Of a DNA stretch of 64,000 bases, positions 8,842 through 19,074 are shown piece by piece (position 1 is the first letter of the stretch; each line of letters begins with the position of its first letter). This DNA comes from a bacterium (GTDB taxonomy: Bacteria; UBA8248; JACPRG01; G963555815). Location of the stretch: positions 800,001 to 864,000 of the forward strand of contig CBDHDG010000005.1 of NCBI GenBank assembly GCA_965261595.1, given 5' to 3'. Below the pieces are notes generated by a model that saw nothing but the letters and a program-made list of their open reading frames with translations, was not told the origin of the DNA and ran no database searches. The position numbers were made by a program, and so were the translations under genes.

Positions 8842-9480
8842 ATGGATGCCATCAGGTTGAAGAGTTATGTCATCGCGGATGAAGGCCTCGTGGAGAGATC
8901 CGACCAGCCGTCTTTTGAAGCCCTCATATCGGCGATTCTCAGGGGCGGGGTCACGGCCATTCAGTTGAGAGGGAAGACCGTCTCCGCGTGCGATCTGGTG
9001 GCCCACGGAAAGCGAATCCGCGCGTTGTCGGGCGACACGGGCACCCTGCTGATCATCAACGACCGTCTGGACGTTGCGTTGGCCTCAGGGGCGCACGGCG
9101 TCCACCTGGGCGCCGACGACCTTCCCCTCGCCGCGGCCCGAAGGATTTCACCGGCGGGGTTTATCATCGGCGCCTCGGTGGACACGCCGGACCAGGCCCG
9201 GGAGGCGGAAAGCCTGGGGGCGGATTATCTGGGGGCCGGTCCGGTCTTTCCCACCGAGACCAAGACCACCTCGAATCCGGTCATCGGCCCGGCGGGTCTG
9301 GAGGCCATCGTGAAGGCGGTGTCGATCCCTGTCGTCGGGATCGGGGGAATCGGTCCGGAGAACATCCAGGAGGTGACGGCGAGGGGAGCGGCCGGGGCGG
9401 CGGTGGCGTCCGCGGTGGTCTTGAGTCCGGACCCCGAGGCCGTCGTGCGCGCTTTGCGCTCATCGGCCGGGAGCGGCTGA
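8842..9480 (+). CDS. thiE: Thiamine-phosphate synthase
   Basis: IQLRGK, IINDRLDVA, GVHLGADD, GPVFPTETK and GIGGI. Confidence 0.93.
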   Translation: MDAIRLKSYVIADEGLVERSDQPSFEALISAILRGGVTAIQLRGKTVSACDLVAHGKRIRALSGDTGTLLIINDRLDVALASGAHGVHLGADDLPLAAARRISPAGFIIGASVDTPDQAREAESLGADYLGAGPVFPTETKTTSNPVIGPAGLEAIVKAVSIPVVGIGGIGPENIQEVTARGAAGAAVASAVVLSPDPEAVVRALRSSAGSG

Positions 9481-9696
9481 CGGGGATGCCCGCGACGCCG
9501 GGGCGGGAAGCGATAAGAATTGACACCCCCGGGACGGAGTTGTATCTCTCCTTGGTTCTCTGTGATTTACAAGGCCGATTCGGGTTCAGCGTGCAATTTC
9601 TGATTTGAACGTTGCCGGCTGGCCGGCGTTCATCCTTTGCGCCTGGAATCCAGGCGACGGCGTGGTCGGGTGGTCTTTAGGAAAGGATTCTCTCCC

Positions 9697-10479
9697 TTGA
9701 AGGTCATTGTCCTTGGATGCGGGACTTCAACGGGGGTTCCGAACATCGGATGCCGCTGTTCGGTCTGTACGTCGGAAAATCCAAAGAACAGGCGGTTGAG
9801 GACATCGGTGTGGATGTCCTGGGATGGGAAAGGGGTTCTGGTGGACACCACCACCGACCTGCGGAGTCAAGCCCTGAGGCATAAGATCTCCAGGGTGGAC
9901 GCGGTCCTTTACACCCATTCTCATGCCGATCACATTCATGGGATCGATGAGCTTCGGGCCTACAACGCCCTCCAAAAATCGGAAATCCCTTGTTTCGGAT
10001 CGGACCGGACCCTGGCTTACCTGAGACGATCCTTCGCGTATATTTTCGACCCGGAAGAAAACGGAATGACTTACATCCCCCGCCTCCGCGGGCGGGTGAT
10101 CGACGGACCGTTCGATTTGTTCGGACATCGGGTCGTTCCCTTGCCCGCCGACCACGGTCCGGGAGGGCCGGTGTATGGCTACCGAGTGGGCCCTTTCGCC
10201 TATTTGACGGATGTCGCTTCCGTCCCTGAGGAAACGGTGGAGCTCATGCGAGGGTTGGAGGTGCTGATTCTCGACGCCCTCCGTCCTTCGTTTCACCCCT
10301 CTCACCTGACGATTGATGGGGCTACGGAAGCGGCGCGGCGCATTGGAGCGAAGCGGACGTACTTCACCCACATGAGCCACGATGTGGATTATGACGAGAT
10401 CAATCCCGGTCTTCCCGCCGGCGTGGAGCTGGCCTATGACGGGCTTCAGTTCGATTTCGGCGACCCGGATCCGGACTGA
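9697..10479 (+). CDS. MBL-fold hydrolase, PhnP/YycJ-like
   Basis: LGCGTSTGVP..GCRCSVC, THSHADHIHG, YLTD, HPSH and THMSH. Confidence 0.9.
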   Translation: MKVIVLGCGTSTGVPNIGCRCSVCTSENPKNRRLRTSVWMSWDGKGVLVDTTTDLRSQALRHKISRVDAVLYTHSHADHIHGIDELRAYNALQKSEIPCFGSDRTLAYLRRSFAYIFDPEENGMTYIPRLRGRVIDGPFDLFGHRVVPLPADHGPGGPVYGYRVGPFAYLTDVASVPEETVELMRGLEVLILDALRPSFHPSHLTIDGATEAARRIGAKRTYFTHMSHDVDYDEINPGLPAGVELAYDGLQFDFGDPDPD

Positions 10480-10693
10480 CGGAGTTTTGCGGGCGGGCCG
10501 GTTGCGGGTGTCGATCAATGGACGCGTCCTTCGGTCCATCACGTTCGGGTGAAGACTTCGACCGGCGCGGGATTGACTTTCCGGGAGAAATGACGATATT
10601 GTCGGGGGATAGTGATCAGGACGCGGTGAGATTCGTGGGGGCGGTTCAGGCGCCGCTCAGGGTTTTTCTCGGCAAACATCGGAAGGAGAGAGT

Positions 10694-10894
10694 GTGGCAG
10701 ACCCACTCGCGGTCAAGGTGGACGAAAATCTCGAACGGGCGATCAAATCCTTGAAGAAGAAGATGGACAAAGAGGGAATCTTCAAGGAGCTTCGCAAGCG
10801 CCGCAGTTACGAGAAACCCAGTGTCCGCCGCAGAGCCAAACGAGCAAGGGCCATTCGCGCGCAAAGGCGAAACGCGGCCGCGCGGACAACATAG
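10694..10894 (+). CDS. rpsU: 30S ribosomal protein S21
   Basis: ENLERAIKSLKKK..GIFKELRKRRSYEKPSVRRR; AAGGAG RBS. Confidence 0.93.
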   Translation: MADPLAVKVDENLERAIKSLKKKMDKEGIFKELRKRRSYEKPSVRRRAKRARAIRAQRRNAAARTT

Positions 10895-10980
10895 CCCAAA
10901 GCGTCACTTGATGTCTCTTCTCTGACGGACCCATTCATCCAACGCGAGGCCGGGAGTTCTCGCAGGGGGAGACGTTTGTC

Positions 10981-11265
10981 TCAAGCCCCCGACGCGGAAT
11001 TCTCCGCTTCTCTCACCGCCTTGTTCAAAAGCCGTCTCAGCCGTCCGGACTCGACACGATACTTGAACACCTTTTCCCCGTTTAGAAAACCCACGGGAAT
11101 CTCTTCGCCGAACCGGGCGAGGATCTCCGGATTTTGGGTGATGTCCATTTCCTCCAGCCACACGCCGAAGCGGGCGCAAACGGGCCGTAACGCTTCCTTC
11201 GCCTCGTCGCACAGCCCGCAATCCTCTTTTGAGTAGAGCACCAGCGTTGGCGTCCGCTCGCCCAT
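10981..11265 (-). CDS. Glutaredoxin-like protein (DUF836 type)
   Basis: LYSKEDCGLCD CxxC motif and EIPV. Confidence 0.85.
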   Translation of the reverse strand: MGERTPTLVLYSKEDCGLCDEAKEALRPVCARFGVWLEEMDITQNPEILARFGEEIPVGFLNGEKVFKYRVESGRLRRLLNKAVREAENSASGA

Positions 11266-11354
11266 GCGTTCAGCCCGCGGGAAACTTCTGGTTTTGGTTC
11301 ATGGAGACGGCCGGGAGGGCGTTGATCCCCTTCCCCCTTGGTCTTCCAACCGGC

Positions 11355-12386
11355 CTACAGGAAGTGGGGGACGACCTCTTTGGCCAGAAGCTCGATGGCG
11401 TCCAGGCGGTTCGGGCCGAGGACCTGATAGCAGGCGGGGGCCTTGAGGCCTTCCGCCGCGAAGGCGTTGAATTTCTCGCAGACATCATCCGGCGTGCCGG
11501 AGGCCGCCAGCTTGTCCACCCAGGCGTCGGGGACGCACGCCTCCGCTTGTTTCGCGTCGCCTTGGTCAAAATACTTCCGCATCCGGTCGCCTATCTCGAT
11601 GCGCTCCTCATCCTCGATGCCTGCCGCCTGGTAGCGCAGCGGCTCCGAGGCGCCCCGGGCGGTGTAGGACGCGATAAGCCCCCGGGCCGCGTCGTTGGCG
11701 GCCCGCCGGTCCCGGTCCACCGAAGTGATGATGTAGGAGCGGATGTCGTAGCGGTCCAGGTCCTTTCCCGCCCGTTCGATCCCCTTGCGGATGGCGGGCA
11801 TGGCGATGTTCTTCAGGAACGCCGGCGTCAGGAAGAAGTTGAGCAGGATCCCGTCCGACGCCGCGGCGGCCATCTCGAGGGTCTTCGGTCCCATGGATCC
11901 CACATAGATGGGCAGGTCGCGGCGGACAGGCTCCATCGTGAGGGACACGCCCGAGCCGCCGAAGGTGAAGACCTTGCCGGTGTAACTGTCTCCTTCGCCC
12001 CGGATCAGCATCCGGACCATCTCGATGGCTTCCCGCAGGGCTGTGATGGGCTTGGCGTCGCGGACCTGATGCTTGTTGAGCTGGGCGTAGGCTGTCCCCA
12101 GGCCCAGGGTGAATCGCCCGCCCGAGACCTCGTCCAAGGTCGCGGCCTCCATGGCGAGGATTCCGGGATGCCGCGTGTAAGGCGAGATGATTCCCGTTCC
12201 CAGGCCGATGGATTGGGTCTGTTGGGCCACGACGGCCAGGTTCGTAAAGGCCCCCCGGGCGTGGTAGCTCTCGGCGATCCAGACCCTTTGGAAGCCCAAG
12301 CGCTCGGCGGCCTGGGCGCAGGGGATGATGACGTCCAGCGGAAGGACGCCGCTGAGGCCGATATCAAATCCGGTGAATTTTGCCAT
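11355..12386 (-). CDS. LLM-class oxidoreductase (Mer-like, possibly F420-dependent)
   Basis: RVWIAESY, ATLDEVSGGRFTLGLG and PIYVGSMGPKTL. Confidence 0.85.
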   Translation of the reverse strand: MAKFTGFDIGLSGVLPLDVIIPCAQAAERLGFQRVWIAESYHARGAFTNLAVVAQQTQSIGLGTGIISPYTRHPGILAMEAATLDEVSGGRFTLGLGTAYAQLNKHQVRDAKPITALREAIEMVRMLIRGEGDSYTGKVFTFGGSGVSLTMEPVRRDLPIYVGSMGPKTLEMAAAASDGILLNFFLTPAFLKNIAMPAIRKGIERAGKDLDRYDIRSYIITSVDRDRRAANDAARGLIASYTARGASEPLRYQAAGIEDEERIEIGDRMRKYFDQGDAKQAEACVPDAWVDKLAASGTPDDVCEKFNAFAAEGLKAPACYQVLGPNRLDAIELLAKEVVPHFL

Positions 12387-12424
12387 GACGGAGCCTCTCT
12401 GGTGCGCGGGCGCACGGCGGGTTT

Positions 12425-13642
12425 TCAGGGATGGGCCGGTTGCGCCCGTTTTTCGGGCGCGGCAACCTCCGGAAAATGGAGATCGTGAATGGACGCCCCC
12501 TCGACGCCCCGGCTCACGAGGTCTTTCATGTCAAGCAAGCCCTCGGCGGCCCGGACTTCCTCGATGCGGCACCGGGTGGCGGGGTGTTTGGGCACGAACA
12601 GGGTGCAGCAGTCCTGATCCGGCTGGATAGAGGTCTCATAGGTTCCGATGCGCTCGGCCTGGGCGCTGATCTCATTCTTGTCCATGCCGATCAGGGGACG
12701 GAAGATGGGCAGCTCCGCCGCCTCCTCGACGACGCCGATGTTGGTCAGGGTTTGCGACGCCACTTGGGCCAGACTTTCCCCGGTCACCAGAGCCTGCGCC
12801 CCGTGACGCCGCCCCAGCGCCTCGGCGATGCGAATCATGAGGCGGCGATACAGGATGACCCGCAGGGGGGGCGGGACGGCCAGGACCACCCGCCGCTGAA
12901 TCTCGCCGAAGGGCGTCGAGTAGAGCGTGCTGTGGTGCTGGTGAAAGGTGAGAAGCTCGGCCAGGTCCATGGCCTTCTCGGCGGACGCCTTGCTGAGGTA
13001 GGGGGCCCCGTGAAAATGGACGAACGTGGCTTGGCATCCGCGCTGGAGCATCCGGTAGGCGGCCACCGGAGAATCGATCCCGCCGGAGAGGAGGACGCAC
13101 ACTTGCCCGCTGACCCCGACCGGAAGACCGCCCGGGCCCTGGACCTTGTCGAAATAGAAGAACGCCTCCCGGGGGATCACTTCGAGATGAACGGTGAGAT
13201 CGGCATGGTTCAGATTGACTGACGCGCCGGTCAGCTCTTGGAGGTGCGCGCCGACCTCGCGGTTGATCTCCGGGGAGGAAAGCGGAAATTGCTTGAAGGC
13301 GCGGCGCGCGGAGACGCGGAACGTCTTGAAATCATCGCCCGCTTCGCGACGCGCCAGGACGGCCCGGCCGATGTCCCGTTTGAACGAATCGAGGTCGAGT
13401 TGGACCTGCTTGGCGAGAGAGAAGTTGGCGATGCCGAATGTCCCGGCCAGCCGCGCGCGGACCGTCTCCCAGGCGGCTTCCTCCTCCAGCTCCATCACGA
13501 GTCTGCCCCAGACCTTCCGCACCCGGCGGACGGCCAGGTCGGATGTGGCCTGCCGTAGGTTTCCGGCCAGGCGCTCGATGTAGTAGGGCCGGTTTCCCTT
13601 TTTGAGGGCGATCTCGTGGTAGTGGACGATGACACATCGCAT
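12425..13642 (-). CDS. thiI: tRNA 4-thiouridine synthase ThiI (no rhodanese domain)
   Basis: HYHEIALKKGNR, THUMP region, SGGIDS PP-loop, GESLAQVASQT and DQDCC. Confidence 0.93.
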   Translation of the reverse strand: MRCVIVHYHEIALKKGNRPYYIERLAGNLRQATSDLAVRRVRKVWGRLVMELEEEAAWETVRARLAGTFGIANFSLAKQVQLDLDSFKRDIGRAVLARREAGDDFKTFRVSARRAFKQFPLSSPEINREVGAHLQELTGASVNLNHADLTVHLEVIPREAFFYFDKVQGPGGLPVGVSGQVCVLLSGGIDSPVAAYRMLQRGCQATFVHFHGAPYLSKASAEKAMDLAELLTFHQHHSTLYSTPFGEIQRRVVLAVPPPLRVILYRRLMIRIAEALGRRHGAQALVTGESLAQVASQTLTNIGVVEEAAELPIFRPLIGMDKNEISAQAERIGTYETSIQPDQDCCTLFVPKHPATRCRIEEVRAAEGLLDMKDLVSRGVEGASIHDLHFPEVAAPEKRAQPAHP

Positions 13643-13787
13643 ACGGACGAAGGGCTCCTTCCCTGATGGCCGCGCCGCGGATTCGGCAAATCATTATATG
13701 ACGGAATCCGCTCAACCCGCATTTCTCACAAAGACGTGCGATGGGGCCGCCCCACACGCTCATGGCACACGCGCCGGCTAACGGGGA

Positions 13788-13884
13788 GGGCCGGTGCGGG
13801 AGTCAACCGACTCGCGCCCGGCCCCGACATGGGAAATGTGCGCACGTTCGCTCCAGTGTAGGGGCGGGGCTCTGCACCCGCCCC
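13788..13884. repeat. GTAG-type REP doublet, family 1, copy 1
   Basis: GTGTAGGGGCGGGGCTCTGCACCCGCCCC at 13856-13884 with an inverted partner at 13788-13830; near-identical to 47037-47110. Confidence 0.75.
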
Positions 13885-14141
13885 AGCAAACGCCCAGGGA
13901 GACACTCTGTCTATATCCGATTGAAATCCTCCTCTCTGGTAAGGCGTTGACCGGCAATGAGTTTACCGATCATAGGCGGCTTGACTTTCTAATGGTGGAA
14001 ATTCAGCTTAACCCCGCCGACCGGGAGCGCCGGGCCGGGATGCGGACATTCGGTGTCTTTCTTGGGGCGTTGGCCGGAGGGGGCGGCGCGGCATGATTCC
14101 GTCGGCTTGGGAAAAGCGATGAAGCCGGGCGGCGGAGCGCC

Positions 14142-15092
14142 TTAGCCGCAAACCACCCGGGTCCCCGTTTCTCCGCGAATGGCCTTCGGGAGGGATTCCA
14201 GGGAGGTGATAAGGACCTCCCCCGAATTCCCTTCCAGGAACTCCAGCGCGGCCTCGATCTTCGGTCCCATGCTCCCGGCCGGAAACTGGCCGTCGGCCAG
14301 GTGCGCCCGGGCCTCGCCGGTCGTGAGCCTGATGAGCGGCCGCTGGGTCGGTTTGGCGAAATCCAGGCACACCTGCTCGACGGCCGTCAGGATGATGAAC
14401 GTATAGGCGTTCAGGTCCCTGGCCAGCATGGCGCTGGCGAGGTCTTTGTCGATGACCGCGTCCACGCCGGCGTAATCCTCGTCTTTCAGCACGACCGGGA
14501 TGCCGCCGCCGCCGACGGTGATCACGATCGTCCCCGCGTTCACGAGCCGCCGGATCACCGGGAGCTCGATGATTTTCACCGGGCGTGGAGACGGGACCAC
14601 GCGGCGGTATCCCCGGTTGGCGTCGGGCACGAGCCTCCAGCCGTGGGCCCCACCGATGGTTTTGGCCTCCGATGGGTCATAGAAGGGGCCGATTGGCTTG
14701 GTGGGGTTCTGGAAGGCGGGGTCCGCCGGGTCCACTTCAACCTGCGTCACGATGGTGGCGATGGGATGATCGCGCCCGGCCCGGCGAGTCATGTTGAGCA
14801 GGCTTTGCTGGATCATGTAACCGATGGCTGCCTGCGTGTCGGCCACGCAAACGTCCATCGGCATCGGCGGGAGGGTCTTCCGGGTCTGCTCCATCCGGAT
14901 GAGGAGGCGGCCGATTTGGGGTCCGTTGCCGTGCGTTAGAACCACCCTGTAATCTTCTTCCAGCAGCATCATGACGCACCGGCAGGCGCGGCGGACGTGC
15001 TCCCACATCTCTTCGGCCGTACTGTTTCCGGTCGGATCGACGGCGTTTCCGCCGAAGGCGACGACCGCGATTTTTCGGTCGGACTCAGCCAC
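14142..15092 (-). CDS. arcC: Carbamate kinase
   Basis: VAFGGNA, THGNGPQIG, PTKPIGPFY, RRVVPSPRP, AVIDKD and GSMGPK. Confidence 0.93.
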   Translation of the reverse strand: MAESDRKIAVVAFGGNAVDPTGNSTAEEMWEHVRRACRCVMMLLEEDYRVVLTHGNGPQIGRLLIRMEQTRKTLPPMPMDVCVADTQAAIGYMIQQSLLNMTRRAGRDHPIATIVTQVEVDPADPAFQNPTKPIGPFYDPSEAKTIGGAHGWRLVPDANRGYRRVVPSPRPVKIIELPVIRRLVNAGTIVITVGGGGIPVVLKDEDYAGVDAVIDKDLASAMLARDLNAYTFIILTAVEQVCLDFAKPTQRPLIRLTTGEARAHLADGQFPAGSMGPKIEAALEFLEGNSGEVLITSLESLPKAIRGETGTRVVCG

Positions 15093-15117
15093 GAAGGCCC
15101 TTCCTACGCCGGAGGCG

Positions 15118-16524
15118 TCAGGAATCGTTTTCCGCCAGCGCCCGGACCGCGGCCTCGAAGGGGGCCATCGGCGCCCGGAGGAGTCCCGCGCCGACCTGCC
15201 CGACGCCGGGAAGCCGGTGGGCGATCCCGGTGTTGATGGCCGGCGTGATGCGCGTCTCGACGACCTTGCGGATGTCGATGCCGGTGGGCGTCCCCGCGAA
15301 ATTGAGACAGGGAAGCGTGAGCGTGGGGTTCTGCGCCCAGGTGATCTCGAGCATTTCCCGCGTCATGGCGATGGCGCGATCCACCGTTCCCCCGACGAAC
15401 TGCACGATGGCCGGCGCTGTTCCCATGGCGAATCCGCCGATGCCCGCCGTCTCGGTGATTGTGCTGTCGCCGATGTCGGGGTTCGCGTCTTCGGGTCCGT
15501 ATCCCGGGAAGTAAAGCCCCTCGACGTATCCGGCCGGCGCGGTGAACCACCGGTCGCCCAAACCGCTCACGCGGATGCCGAACTCCGTCCCGTTTCGAGC
15601 CATGGCCGTCACGATAGAGGCGCCCCGCACGCCGTGCGCCGCGTCGGCGGACGCCTTGCAGGCGGGCATGCCGAGGTTCAGGAAGAAGTGGTCGTTGCCC
15701 GCGATAAACCGGTAAACCCGCTCGAGGACCGCGCGGCGCTTGACCCCCTTGGCCAGATGAGGCGCCAGCGTTCGGATGAGGGTCGCCGTCGCGGCGACGT
15801 TGCGGTTGTGGCATTCATCGCCCATGTGGAGCGCCTTGGCCATGATGGATTTGAGGTCGACGCCCCCCGCGTCCTCCACGGCCGCCTTCATGGCCGGAGC
15901 GAGCTCTCTTTCCATCCAGCGCAGCCGCGTAATGACCTCCCGGTCGTTAGCGCCGTAGCGCAGGACCTTTCCCAACCCCTCGTTCAACGTGGCGAACGAG
16001 CGGTTTCCCGCGTGGGCGTTGCGTAAGATGAAAACCGGCATGCTCGGAGATATGACCCCCGCCATGGGACCCACCGCCCCGTGGTGGTGGCAGGGATCGA
16101 ACCGGATTTTCCCCGAGCGGGCCAGGCGTTCCGCGCCGCCGGGGGTCCGGGCGCGTTTTTCGTAGATCAGCGCTCCGATGACGGCCCCGCGCATGGGGCC
16201 GCACATCCGCTCCCACGTGACGGGGGGGCCGGCATGGAGGATCGTGTCCTCATCCATCCCGGGAATCGCTTCCCGGGCGGGGGCGACGTCTTCCCAGACG
16301 GGCCGCGCCGAGACCAGACTTTCGACGGCCCGGTCGTTGGGGGAATCGCAGCCCTTGAGACGGTCCAGCAGGGCCGCCAGGTCGGGGTCGCCGCCCGCGG
16401 GGGGGGTCCAGTCCACGGAGGTCACGTCCGACCCTTGTTTTCCGAGCGAGTCGGCGAAATCTTCAACCCCCAGGTTGATCACGCGCAACGGACCCCGAAG
16501 AATGTCGGGTCGCTCCTGGGTCAT
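15118..16524 (-). CDS. DUF1116 (YahG/YlbE/AllG-like) protein with an N-terminal FdrA C-terminal-like segment
   Basis: VINLG..DWTPPAGG, LHAGPP, PCHHHGAVGPMAG, MGDECHNRN, DIGDS and INTGIAH. Confidence 0.88.
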   Translation of the reverse strand: MTQERPDILRGPLRVINLGVEDFADSLGKQGSDVTSVDWTPPAGGDPDLAALLDRLKGCDSPNDRAVESLVSARPVWEDVAPAREAIPGMDEDTILHAGPPVTWERMCGPMRGAVIGALIYEKRARTPGGAERLARSGKIRFDPCHHHGAVGPMAGVISPSMPVFILRNAHAGNRSFATLNEGLGKVLRYGANDREVITRLRWMERELAPAMKAAVEDAGGVDLKSIMAKALHMGDECHNRNVAATATLIRTLAPHLAKGVKRRAVLERVYRFIAGNDHFFLNLGMPACKASADAAHGVRGASIVTAMARNGTEFGIRVSGLGDRWFTAPAGYVEGLYFPGYGPEDANPDIGDSTITETAGIGGFAMGTAPAIVQFVGGTVDRAIAMTREMLEITWAQNPTLTLPCLNFAGTPTGIDIRKVVETRITPAINTGIAHRLPGVGQVGAGLLRAPMAPFEAAVRALAENDS

Positions 16525-16691
16525 ACGACGCTCCTCTCGATGGGTGAGCGAGCCGGTCCGGAACAGTGTCCGAATTCAGCAAAGAATTGTCAGCCGGATT
16601 GGACCCCAATCATTCTAACCCAAATCCCGGCGGACCGGATCCTGAAGGCAGGACGATGGGGAGCTGCCCGGAGGGGGTTTTCGCTGCGGGC

Positions 16692-17951
16692 TCAGGTGAC
16701 TTCGGAGACGCCGGGAATCTTTCCCGATTGCCGTTGAGGCCGGAAGAGGATCCGGACGGCCAGGGCGGAGGCCGCCGTCAGGGCGGCCATGAAGTAGAAC
16801 GTGACGCCGAGTCCCCATTGGTCCGCGATGACCCCCGCGATGAGGGGGGCTATCCCGGTGAAGATCTGGTTGAAACTGAAGAGGAAGCCGACCGTGGACC
16901 CGCCCAAATCCGGAGGGGTGACGTCGAAACCGGAGGCCATGATGATTGGACGAAGGGAGATCAGGCTGAATCCCAGGACGGAGATGGCCGCGCCGAGCGG
17001 CAGGCCGACGGGCAGGAACGGGATCAAAATCAGGGCGATGGTGGAAATCAGGAGCCCCCCCACAAGGATTCCCTTCCGTCCGATCCGGTCCGACAGGAGT
17101 CCGGAGACGGCCTCCGGGATGGTGCCTGAAAAAATGAGCAAAAAGACATAGAAGCCGACTCCGGCGGGACCCATGCCGAAATGAAAAGCGAGATACAAGG
17201 GGAGGAAGCTGTCGAGCGTCCGGTAGCTCATCGTCCGCAGGCAGGAGACAGCCGCCACGGACAGGAGGGCCCGGTTTTTCCGGAAGCCCCGAATGAGATC
17301 CGAGGAGTACTGCCGGACGCTTCCGCTCGCTGCGGTCAACATCGGAGGCAGGAGAAAGAAAACCAGGACAGCCGAGATGAGGGTGGGGAGGAGGTGGATT
17401 TTCATCACCTCCCGCCAGGTTGTGAATTGCAGGAGATATCCGATGACCAAGGGGGCGATGGACTGCGCCAGGCTGGCGCCGCTGCCATGCAATCCCAGGG
17501 CGAATCCCCGGTGGTTGGGATAGAGTCGGGACAGGGTGGACATGGCCGGGGGGTGCCAACTGGAATTGAGCATTCCCGTCAGCAAAAACGGGACAAAGAG
17601 AAACGCGAAGGTGTTTGCGTATCCCATCGATGCGTACATCGCGCCCATCACCGCGAGGTTCACGACCAGCAGGGGCTTTCGTTTGCCCAGCAGGTCCGTC
17701 AGCACACCCGCCGAGGCCCCGCCGAACGACGCCCCCAAGGAGCGCAGGGTGAGCAAAAGACCGATTTGGGTGAAGCTCAGATTCAGGTCCCGCGCGATCA
17801 GGGGGAGGACGGGCCCGAGAACGCCCAGGAACCAGTGGGTGTTCGCGTGGCCGAAGGTGAGGGTGGCCAGGGTGCGCACCTTGGACGCGCGGGTTTGCTC
17901 GGGGTCCGCGGCGCGCTCGCCCGGCGGCAATCTCTCAGGATGCTTCGTCAA
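16692..17951 (-). CDS. MFS transporter
   Basis: About 12 hydrophobic segments; GVLTDLLGKR and GLLSDRIGRK motif A. Confidence 0.9.
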   Translation of the reverse strand: MTKHPERLPPGERAADPEQTRASKVRTLATLTFGHANTHWFLGVLGPVLPLIARDLNLSFTQIGLLLTLRSLGASFGGASAGVLTDLLGKRKPLLVVNLAVMGAMYASMGYANTFAFLFVPFLLTGMLNSSWHPPAMSTLSRLYPNHRGFALGLHGSGASLAQSIAPLVIGYLLQFTTWREVMKIHLLPTLISAVLVFFLLPPMLTAASGSVRQYSSDLIRGFRKNRALLSVAAVSCLRTMSYRTLDSFLPLYLAFHFGMGPAGVGFYVFLLIFSGTIPEAVSGLLSDRIGRKGILVGGLLISTIALILIPFLPVGLPLGAAISVLGFSLISLRPIIMASGFDVTPPDLGGSTVGFLFSFNQIFTGIAPLIAGVIADQWGLGVTFYFMAALTAASALAVRILFRPQRQSGKIPGVSEVT

Positions 17952-18174
17952 GGTCGGCTCCGGCCGGTATGGGCGTCTGGAAATCCGATGGCTTCAGACA
18001 TTCGAAGGGTCTCGTCGGCCTGGGTCCGGTTCGGGGGCCGGTTGTTTCGGCGGAGAGGTTTGGGGCGCAACACCCCCCGTATTTCCCGGGGCAGATCCGG
18101 CACAGCCGGGCCGCCGGGGACCGGGCCCTGGAGAAGGGCCGTCGAGGAGGCCGAGACAGGTGACCGGTTGCGCG

Positions 18175-19074
18175 TCACCCGCTTTGTAAGAGGGTTTTGA
18201 GGATCCGGCGGACGTTTAGACGATAACTTGATTCGTGCGCGGAATCGGGCCGAATCGTCTTTCGATAAGCCCCCACCAACTGATTGGAGTCCGACCGGAA
18301 TTCCAGCACCTGGATGACGTGGTCGACTTTTCCGTTGCTCCCGACATCAATGAATTCGTCATGGTAGACGCTTCGGAGCTCTGTGTTGCTCAGCCATCGC
18401 GCTTCCTGTTCGCTTGCGAGGATGGCGGTTTTCTTTCCAGGCATTTTCAGGGTGAGGGTTCGCCGGCTCCAGGGCGAGTCATGCACCCTGGCCTCGGCTT
18501 TGGAGCCGTCAAAATTCAAACGGAGTTGGTGATAGCTGGGTTCGAAGTGGCCGGGTTCTTTCAGCGCGCCCCGCTCGATCACGGCGGCGGCCAGCAGGCC
18601 GAAGGGGGTCTGGTTGCGGGATTTTTGAAGATTCCGCCAACCGAGGAAGATCGCCAGGATGAGAACGGCGACAGTCAACGTCGCCCCGCTCCGGCTGCCC
18701 AGGAATTGCCGGAAACCCGACAGCAGGGACAGTTCGACGGCCTTGCTGAGTTGCGGCGCGAATCCCCGCTCCATTTCGAGGTCCGGACGCATCGCGGAAA
18801 GATCGGCGAAATCGGGGATGTCCTTGGCGCGTTTTCGGCGGGTCTTCCCCTTGTCGTCATCCACCTTCTGATCGAAGACATTTTTTTCGAGAAAGGTCTT
18901 CTTGATGTTGAAGACCTTGCCTTCCTCGCTCTTGATGAGGCACAGCTCTCCCTTCCAGATTTGGCTCAGGGAGACCTTGGCGCCTTTTTTGAACTCATGT
19001 TCTTGGGGCTCCTGCCCCTTTTTCATCCGCGTATAAGCCGTAAAATCTTCTGCGACGGTCGCCTCGATGGCCAC
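18175..19074 (-). CDS. Hypothetical membrane protein (small N-terminal beta domain, one transmembrane helix, C-terminal domain)
   Basis: Protein-like composition; AAAGGA RBS; segment TLTVAVLILAIFLGW. Confidence 0.65.
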   Translation of the reverse strand: MAIEATVAEDFTAYTRMKKGQEPQEHEFKKGAKVSLSQIWKGELCLIKSEEGKVFNIKKTFLEKNVFDQKVDDDKGKTRRKRAKDIPDFADLSAMRPDLEMERGFAPQLSKAVELSLLSGFRQFLGSRSGATLTVAVLILAIFLGWRNLQKSRNQTPFGLLAAAVIERGALKEPGHFEPSYHQLRLNFDGSKAEARVHDSPWSRRTLTLKMPGKKTAILASEQEARWLSNTELRSVYHDEFIDVGSNGKVDHVIQVLEFRSDSNQLVGAYRKTIRPDSAHESSYRLNVRRILKTLLQSG

